A DNA stretch of 64,000 nucleotides from Deltaproteobacteria bacterium (GTDB lineage: Bacteria; Myxococcota_A; Polyangia; Fen-1088), in contig JANRKS010000027.1 in NCBI GenBank assembly GCA_033763315.1, positions 49,134-113,133 on the forward strand. Reading direction: 5' to 3'. Under the pieces are notes generated by a model. The model was not told the DNA's origin and did not search any database. It saw only the letters and a list, made by a program, of their open reading frames with translations. The position numbers and the translations under genes are program-made. This document shows, one piece after another, positions 57,882-64,000 of the stretch (positions are counted from its first letter, which is position 1; every line of letters begins with the position of its first letter).

Positions 57882-58280
57882 TTACCAGACCTCGAACATC
57901 AGTTCGCCGCCAACGCCAGCTTTGCGAGCGGCGCGGTCTGTCATCAAGCCCTGCGATGTTGAAAGAACGCCCACACCGAGGCCCGAGCGGACCTTGGGAA
58001 TCCCAGTGGACTTCACGTAGACCCGCTGACCGGGGCGTGAACGCCGGCGCAGACCCGTGATGGCGTTGGTGCGCCCTTCGGCCCACTTCAACTTAACGAC
58101 GATTTCTCCGGTAACTTCGCCTTCGCGAACCTGGAAACCCTCGATGTACCCCTCGTTCTGGAGGAGCTCAGCAATGACCTTCTTGGTCTTTGAAATCGGA
58201 GATACTGCCTCTTGGTGGCGCGCCAGGATGGCGTTCCGGATCCGCGTGAGGAAGTCGGCAATTGGATCTGTCATCGACAT
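57882..58280 (-). CDS. rpsH: 30S ribosomal protein S8
   Basis: MTDPIADFLTRIRN, SRPG.RVY, STSQG, GGE. Confidence 0.98.
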   Translation of the reverse strand: MSMTDPIADFLTRIRNAILARHQEAVSPISKTKKVIAELLQNEGYIEGFQVREGEVTGEIVVKLKWAEGRTNAITGLRRRSRPGQRVYVKSTGIPKVRSGLGVGVLSTSQGLMTDRAARKAGVGGELMFEVW

Positions 58281-58302
58281 GATGCTTGTCCTACCCTAAC
58301 AA

Positions 58303-58965
58303 TCAGTTTCTGAAGGGCATCCCGAGATGCCTCAACAAAGCCCGGGCCTGCTCGTCAGTGCGGGCCGTGGTAACAATCGAGATATTCATACCCCGCGCCC
58401 GGTCCATTCCCTCGAAGCTCGCTTCGGGGAAAATGATGCCTTCGCGCACACCCATGGTGAAGTTTCCGCGTCCGTCGAAGCCTTTGGGCGAGATGCCCTT
58501 GAAGTCGCGAACCCGTGGAAGAGAGAAGGAGATCAAGCGATCCAGGAATTCATACATTTGATCCTGTCGCAAGGTCACCATCGCGCCGATCTTCTGGCCT
58601 TCGCGCAACTTGTAGGTTGCGATGGCCTTCTTGGCGCGGGTCACCACCGGCATTTGCCCGGCAATGAGAGCCAACTCCTCAACAGCGTTTTCCAAGATCT
58701 TCTGGTTCGCCGTCGCGTCGCCGAGGCCCATGTTCAAGGTGATCTTCACCAGCTTGGGCACTTCCATGACGTTCTTGAGACCGAGCTCAGCTTGCAGCTT
58801 GGAGCGCAGTTCATTGGCGTAGATAGTGCGCAAACGCGCCGGGGCTTTACGTTGAAGCTTAACTTCAGCTTTCTCGGTAATGCGGCTGACAGCGCCAGCC
58901 TTGCCCTTTTTGCCCTTGCCCTGTGTCTTGGGCTTGGCTTCTGTTTTGGTTTCCTCAGTTGCCAT
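58303..58965 (-). CDS. rplE: 50S ribosomal protein L5 with N-terminal extension
   Basis: [29 protein letters not shown]. Confidence 0.97.
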   Translation of the reverse strand: MATEETKTEAKPKTQGKGKKGKAGAVSRITEKAEVKLQRKAPARLRTIYANELRSKLQAELGLKNVMEVPKLVKITLNMGLGDATANQKILENAVEELALIAGQMPVVTRAKKAIATYKLREGQKIGAMVTLRQDQMYEFLDRLISFSLPRVRDFKGISPKGFDGRGNFTMGVREGIIFPEASFEGMDRARGMNISIVTTARTDEQARALLRHLGMPFRN

Positions 58966-59334
58966 TTAGAGGACCTCCGGCGCAAGCGATACAATCTTCA
59001 TGAACTTCTTAGCGCGCAGCTCTCTGGCGACTGGGCCAAAGATGCGCGTGCCGATCGGCTCGTTGTCTTTATCCACCAAAACGGCCGAATTGGCGTCAAA
59101 GCGAATGTAGGATCCATCAGCGCGCGAAACCTCTTTGCGGGTGCGGACGATAACGGCTCTGGCCACATCGCCCTTCTTCACCTTGGCATTGGGGATCGCT
59201 TCTTTGATGGAGACGACGATCACGTCACCAATTGAAGCGTACTTTCGGCGTGTGCCGCCCAAGACGCGAATACACATAATCTTCTTCGCGCCTGAGTTGT
59301 CGGCAACGTCCAGCGTTGTCGTAGTTTGAATCAT
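58966..59334 (-). CDS. rplN: 50S ribosomal protein L14
   Basis: [26 protein letters not shown]. Confidence 0.98.
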   Translation of the reverse strand: MIQTTTTLDVADNSGAKKIMCIRVLGGTRRKYASIGDVIVVSIKEAIPNAKVKKGDVARAVIVRTRKEVSRADGSYIRFDANSAVLVDKDNEPIGTRIFGPVARELRAKKFMKIVSLAPEVL

Positions 59335-59345
59335 TGGTGGTCCCC

Positions 59346-59642
59346 TTAAACCTCAGCGGGCCGCTCGATGAGCCTTGCCAAACGCCAACGCTTGTCGCGC
59401 GACATAGGACGGCATTCGACGATCTCCACGCGGTCGCCAGCTTTTGTTTCGTTCTTCTCGTCGTGCACCTTGTAAGTGCTGCGATGACTGACGAACTTGC
59501 CGTATTTGCTGTGGGCCGTGCGGCGTTCCACAACAACAACGCGGGTCTTGTCCATCTTGTCGCTCTTCACCACGCCAATCAGGCTGCGGCGACGACCAGT
59601 GCTTTTTTCGGCGATTGCTTCGCCCTGTGTCGACTCGGTCAC
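59346..59642 (-). CDS. rpsQ: 30S ribosomal protein S17
   Basis: SDKMDKT, HDE.N, GD.V.I.ECRP.S..KRW. Confidence 0.97.
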   Translation of the reverse strand: MTESTQGEAIAEKSTGRRRSLIGVVKSDKMDKTRVVVVERRTAHSKYGKFVSHRSTYKVHDEKNETKAGDRVEIVECRPMSRDKRWRLARLIERPAEV

Positions 59643-59647
59643 GGGAC

Positions 59648-59872
59648 CTACTCCTTCTGCCCAGCAGTGGCTTGGCCACGCTTTTCGTTAAGAACGGTTT
59701 TCACGCGGGCGATGTCCCGGCGTGATTTCCGAATCAACATTGTGTTTTCAAGTTGATTCGTCGTTTTCTTAAAGTTGTACTGGAAGTTTTCCTGCTGCAA
59801 CTTCGTCAGCGTTTGGCCAAGCTCTTCCACGCTGTTGGCGCGAAGGTCCTTGATCGTCAATTCAGTGCTCAT
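59648..59872 (-). CDS. rpmC: 50S ribosomal protein L29
   Basis: DLR...[16 protein letters not shown]. Confidence 0.95.
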   Translation of the reverse strand: MSTELTIKDLRANSVEELGQTLTKLQQENFQYNFKKTTNQLENTMLIRKSRRDIARVKTVLNEKRGQATAGQKE

Positions 59873-60285
59873 ATCACCTGCTCCCGGGAAACGAAGCGAG
59901 ACCGGATGGCCAACTTATGTTGTGCCAACAGGAAGGCCTCACGGGCCAACTCTTCCGGAACGCCTTCCAATTCGTACATAACTCGTCCCGGGCGGATGAC
60001 GGCGACCCATTCCTCGGGGTTACCTTTACCTTTACCCATGCGGGTTTCGGCAGGCTTCTTCGAGATGGGCTTGTCCGGGAACACGCGGATGTAGAGTTTT
60101 CCACCGCGCTTTACCTTACGGCTAATGGCGATACGTGCCGCTTCGATTTGGCGAGACGTGATCCAACCGCATGTCGTGGCTTGAAGACCGAAGTCACCGA
60201 AGGATACCTCGGCGCCTCCCTTGGCTTCGCCAGTCATGCGACCCTTAAACCGCTTGCGGAACTTAAGTTTCTTTGGTGCGAGCAT
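59869..60285 (-). CDS. rplP: 50S ribosomal protein L16
   Basis: RQIEAAR, FPDKP, RMGKGKG. Confidence 0.98.
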   Translation of the reverse strand: MLAPKKLKFRKRFKGRMTGEAKGGAEVSFGDFGLQATTCGWITSRQIEAARIAISRKVKRGGKLYIRVFPDKPISKKPAETRMGKGKGNPEEWVAVIRPGRVMYELEGVPEELAREAFLLAQHKLAIRSRFVSREQVI

Positions 60286-60311
60286 GTTCTAATCTCCTGC
60301 CAGATCTGACG

Positions 60312-60959
60312 TTATGTCAGGCGTTGGTTCCGCGTTGGCAGAACTTCACCCTTGAAGATCCAGCATTTGACGCCGAGGGCGCCGTAGGTCGTGTGAGCTT
60401 CGGCCGTGCCGTATTCGATGTCGGCGCGGAGCGTGTGCAATGGCACGCGGCCTTCGCGGTACCACTCGTAGCGCGCCATTTCAGCGCCACCCAAGCGACC
60501 CGAACATGCCAAACGAATGCCTTTTGCACCAAACTTCATGGCCGTCTGCACAGCTTTTTTCATGGCGCGGCGGAAAGCCACGCGGCGCTCAAGCTGCGTT
60601 GCCACGTTCTCGGCCACCAACTGCGCGTTGGTTTCGGCCTTACGCACTTCTTGAATGTTCAAGAAGACTTCGTTTTCCGTGAGCGCTTGAACTTCAGCCT
60701 TCAGCGTTTCCACGCCGGCGCCGCGCTTGCCGATAACAATGCCAGGGCGAGCCGTGAAGATGTTGAGCTTGATCTTGTTTGCGGCGCGTTCAACTTCAAC
60801 AGAGGCCACACCAGCGTGGTGTAGCTTCTTCTTAACGAAGCCCTTGAGTTTGACGTCCTCGTGAAGCCACTTTGCGAAGTCTTTGTCGGCGTACCACTTC
60901 GAGGTCCAGCCGCGGATGACGCCGAGGCGAAAGCCAATTGGATGTGTTTTCTGACCCAT
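60312..60959 (-). CDS. rpsC: 30S ribosomal protein S3
   Basis: [31 protein letters not shown]. Confidence 0.98.
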   Translation of the reverse strand: MGQKTHPIGFRLGVIRGWTSKWYADKDFAKWLHEDVKLKGFVKKKLHHAGVASVEVERAANKIKLNIFTARPGIVIGKRGAGVETLKAEVQALTENEVFLNIQEVRKAETNAQLVAENVATQLERRVAFRRAMKKAVQTAMKFGAKGIRLACSGRLGGAEMARYEWYREGRVPLHTLRADIEYGTAEAHTTYGALGVKCWIFKGEVLPTRNQRLT

Positions 60960-60970
60960 AGACGCGTCCT

Positions 60971-61306
60971 TTATTCCTCGGGCAAATCAACTTCAACGGT
61001 GATGTGGGCGGTGCGGCGGTTCAGGCGGTTCGCCCGGCCCATCGCGCGCGGCAGCCAGCGGCGCTGAACGGCGCCACCATCAACACACACCTTCGTAATG
61101 AACAGCTTGTCGGCATCCGCCTTTTCATTCTCGGTGGCGTTGGCCACTGCAGAATTGAGGACCTTCGTGAGGACCGTGGCGGCTTTGCGCTGCTGCAACT
61201 TCAAAATGGTCAGGGCGTCAGCGACGCTTTTGCCCCGGATCATTCCGGCAACGACCCGCAAGCGCCGTGGCGACTCGCGAAACTGCCTAAGAATTGCCTG
61301 TGCCAT
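60971..61306 (-). CDS. rplV: 50S ribosomal protein L22
   Basis: SPRR.R.V...IRGK, SAVANA, PRAMGRA. Confidence 0.97.
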   Translation of the reverse strand: MAQAILRQFRESPRRLRVVAGMIRGKSVADALTILKLQQRKAATVLTKVLNSAVANATENEKADADKLFITKVCVDGGAVQRRWLPRAMGRANRLNRRTAHITVEVDLPEE

Positions 61307-61341
61307 CTTCGTAATTCCTTGTTTCCTAAGACCAAGAAGGG

Positions 61342-61617
61342 TTACTTCTTGTCTTTCTTGTCACCAGAGTGACCGTGGAAAGTGCGCGTAGGTGCGAACT
61401 CGCCCAACTTGTGGCCAACCATGTTTTCTGAAACGAACACCGGCAGGAACTTCTTGCCGTTGTGAACGTTAAAGGTAAGGCCAACCATCTCGGGGAGAAT
61501 GGTTGAGCGGCGCGACCAAGTCTTGATCGCCTTCTTCACCTTCTGCTGCTGAAGATCGACCACCTTATCCATGAGGTGGGCATCAACGTACGGACCCTTT
61601 TTAATTGAACGTGGCAT
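61342..61617 (-). CDS. rpsS: 30S ribosomal protein S19
   Basis: [23 protein letters not shown]. Confidence 0.98.
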   Translation of the reverse strand: MPRSIKKGPYVDAHLMDKVVDLQQQKVKKAIKTWSRRSTILPEMVGLTFNVHNGKKFLPVFVSENMVGHKLGEFAPTRTFHGHSGDKKDKK

Positions 61618-61637
61618 GGTGCTTCTCAGTTCGTCAG

Positions 61638-62471
61638 CTAGTTCTTTTGGCCGCGACGGCGGACAATCATGGCGTCAGTACGCTTGTTGGACCTGGTCTT
61701 GAGACCCTTGGCCTGTTGGCCCCAGGGAGAACAGGGGTGACGACCACCGGAGGAGCGACCTTCACCACCACCCATGGGGTGGTCGACTGGGTTCATCACA
61801 ACGCCGCGGTTGTGGGGACGGCGGCCGAGCCAGCGCTTACGACCGGCTTTGCCGACCGACCAAGCGTTGTGCTCAACGTTGCCCACTTGACCGATGGTGG
61901 CGCGGCAATCGAGGTGTACGCGGCGAACTTCGCCGGAGGGCAAGCGGAGCTGCCCCCAGTCGCCCTCTTTCGCTAACACCTGAGCGCCAACACCTGCGGA
62001 GCGCACCAATTGGCCGCCACCGTGGATCTTGATCTCAATGTTGTGAACCATCGTGCCGAGCGGAATCGCACGCAAAGGCAGGCTGTTGCCTGGCTTGATG
62101 TCCGCGAGGCGAGATGAGGTGACCTGGTCGCCCACGTTCAAGCCGATCGGCGCCAAGATGTAGCGCTTCTCGCCGTCGGCGTAGTGCAAAAGAGCGATGC
62201 GGGCGCTGCGGTTCGGATCGTATTCGACCGTCGCAACACGAGCAGGAATGCCCACCTTGTCGCGCTTGAAGTCGATGATGCGGTAGCGACGCTTGTGACC
62301 ACCACCGCGGAAGCGTGAGGTGATGCGGCCGTAGTTGTTACGGCCACCCGCGCCAGACTTCCCTTCCACGAGGCTGCGCTCGGGGCGGTTGCCGACGGTC
62401 AGGTCAGCAAAGTCTGGGGCCGTACGACCACGTACGCCCGGGGAGGTTGGATTGAGTTTGCGAATACCCAT
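61638..62471 (-). CDS. rplB: 50S ribosomal protein L2
   Basis: [29 protein letters not shown]. Confidence 0.98.
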   Translation of the reverse strand: MGIRKLNPTSPGVRGRTAPDFADLTVGNRPERSLVEGKSGAGGRNNYGRITSRFRGGGHKRRYRIIDFKRDKVGIPARVATVEYDPNRSARIALLHYADGEKRYILAPIGLNVGDQVTSSRLADIKPGNSLPLRAIPLGTMVHNIEIKIHGGGQLVRSAGVGAQVLAKEGDWGQLRLPSGEVRRVHLDCRATIGQVGNVEHNAWSVGKAGRKRWLGRRPHNRGVVMNPVDHPMGGGEGRSSGGRHPCSPWGQQAKGLKTRSNKRTDAMIVRRRGQKN

Positions 62472-62494
62472 CGTTTGAGCCTCTTAAAACCTAA

Positions 62495-62821
62495 TTAAAC
62501 GCCCTCGAAGAACTCAATCGCTTGACCAGGCGCGAGCGTCACAATGGCTTTTTTCCAAGGTGAGCGGCGTCCGACGAAGCGCCCTACCCGCTTTTCGCGG
62601 CTAGGCATGATCTGCGTGTGAACGCTGACCACTTGAACGTTCCACATCTTTTCAACGGCGTGGCGGATTTCGATCTTGTTGGCGTCCTTGGCAACCTCAA
62701 AGAGGACCTTAGACTTGATCTCTTCCTGTGGAAGGCCTTCGGCCGACCCGCCGGTCTCTTTCAACTGGCTACCCTTCTCCGTGAGGAGGGGGCGCTTGAT
62801 AATTAGTTCTGCACCGCGCAT
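62495..62821 (-). CDS. rplW: 50S ribosomal protein L23 with insertion
   Basis: [21 protein letters not shown]. Confidence 0.95.
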   Translation of the reverse strand: MRGAELIIKRPLLTEKGSQLKETGGSAEGLPQEEIKSKVLFEVAKDANKIEIRHAVEKMWNVQVVSVHTQIMPSREKRVGRFVGRRSPWKKAIVTLAPGQAIEFFEGV

Positions 62822-62838
62822 GTTCCGATTCCTTTTCC

Positions 62839-63489
62839 TCAGGCGGCTTCAGAAGCGTCCTGCGCCTCGGCAGCAACCACACGGCCCTCGACCGCGCTCA
62901 GGACATCTTTCGATATCAACAGCGTCTCGTGGTTGAGGATGTCGTAAACGTTCAAGCCCTCTGGTGGCAGGTACTTGGAAGACTTCAGGTTCCGCATCGA
63001 CTTGACTGTGTTCACGGCTTCTTTGCCCGTGACCACTACCGCCGACGAAGCGCCGATCGCCTTCAAAACCGCCGCCATTTCCTTCGTCTTGGGGGCGTCG
63101 AAATTAAGACCATCCATAATGACGATCTTCTTCTCTTGTGCCCGCAAGGAAAGTGCTGAAGCCAAAGCGGCCTTCTTCACCTTCTTAGGAACTGTGTATT
63201 CGTAGCTGCGTGGGTGGGGACCGAACACCACGCCACCGCCAACGAATTGCGGGGAGCGTGTGGAACCCTGACGAGCGCCGCCCGTGCCCTTTTGACGGTA
63301 TGGCTTTTTGCCACCACCGCGCACGTTTGCGCGGGTTTTCGTGGAGTGCGTGCCAGCCCGGCGCGCGGCGCGCTGGGCTTTGACGATCTCCCACAGCAGG
63401 TGCTCTTTGACCTCTTGGCCAAACACCGCGTCGGCCACGTCAACTTGGCCAACCTTCACACCTTTAATATCGACGACGTCGAGTTGCAT
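62839..63489 (-). CDS. rplD: 50S ribosomal protein L4
   Basis: [34 protein letters not shown]. Confidence 0.97.
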   Translation of the reverse strand: MQLDVVDIKGVKVGQVDVADAVFGQEVKEHLLWEIVKAQRAARRAGTHSTKTRANVRGGGKKPYRQKGTGGARQGSTRSPQFVGGGVVFGPHPRSYEYTVPKKVKKAALASALSLRAQEKKIVIMDGLNFDAPKTKEMAAVLKAIGASSAVVVTGKEAVNTVKSMRNLKSSKYLPPEGLNVYDILNHETLLISKDVLSAVEGRVVAAEAQDASEAA

Positions 63490-63511
63490 CGCAGGGTCCT
63501 TCACAAATTCT

Positions 63512-63817
63512 TCAGGTCTTGATCTCGACGTCCACACCGGCGGACAGATCGAGCTTCATGAGGGCATCAAGCGTTTGCTGGGTCGGCTCGAGGATGTCCA
63601 TAAGACGCTTGTGCGTCCGGATCTCGAACTGTTCACGCGACTTCTTGTCGACGTGAGGACCGCGCAAAACGGTAAACTTGTTGATTTTGGTGGGCAAGGG
63701 AATGGGTCCCGCCACCTTCGCACCAGTGCGCTTAGCCGTGTCCACAATCTCGCTGGCCGATTGGTCCAACAAGCGGTGGTCGTATGCTTTCAAACGGATT
63801 CGGATCTTCGGAGTCAA
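63512..63817 (-). CDS. rpsJ: 30S ribosomal protein S10
   Basis: [27 protein letters not shown]; TTG start. Confidence 0.98.
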   Translation of the reverse strand: MTPKIRIRLKAYDHRLLDQSASEIVDTAKRTGAKVAGPIPLPTKINKFTVLRGPHVDKKSREQFEIRTHKRLMDILEPTQQTLDALMKLDLSAGVDVEIKT

Positions 63818-63857
63818 GGTAAAAGCCCCCTTACTTTGCTTAAGGCTTGCTCAAAAA

Positions 63858-64000
63858 TCACTCAAGGATTTTGGCAACAACGCCGGCGCCGACGGTGCGG
63901 CCACCTTCACGAATCGCGAAGCGAAGACCTTCTTCACATGCGATCGGCGTCAGCAATTCAACCTGGATGCTGATGTTGTCACCAGGCATCACCATCTCCA
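63858..64000 (-). CDS. tuf: Elongation factor Tu, 3' end (partial)
   Basis: Hand translation [46 protein letters not shown]. Confidence 0.96.
   Translation of the reverse strand, partial: EMVMPGDNISIQVELLTPIACEEGLRFAIREGGRTVGAGVVAKILE

Overview
GC-rich bacterial chromosome segment. The FHA-sigma54 activator/Ser-Thr kinase/PEGA cassette, DUF1592-DUF1552 pair, DUF4388 protein and Cys-rich lipoproteins point to Myxococcota (inference). 1-18 kb is accessory: a DUF1553/DUF1501 pair, secreted proteins and lipoproteins, and a kinase/sigma54 cassette flanked by two heme-c lipoprotein units. Those two units share a -24/-12 promoter, a CTGTGCA-N4-TGCACAG palindrome and identical promoter-to-start spacing. 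18-28.5 kb is rimP-nusA-ylxR-infB-ylxP-rbfA-truB-rpsO-pnp-dut. 28.7-39 kb holds nitrilase, upp, a MoxR/DUF58/VWA operon overlapping tRNA-Pro(CGG), and an ATP-grasp gene. 39-50.6 kb is a minus-strand unit headed by an orphan, divergent type III export gate (fliO-fliP-fliQ-fliR-truncated flhB; Met gasket lost), coupled to priA, a DUF4388/J-like protein, a HerA-like ATPase, fmt and rpe. 50.7-64 kb is tuf(3')-S10-spc-alpha, lacking rplC, rplX, rpsN, adk, map and infA. No CRISPR, IS, integrase or rRNA was seen. All family calls are by eye from motifs; no searches were run.
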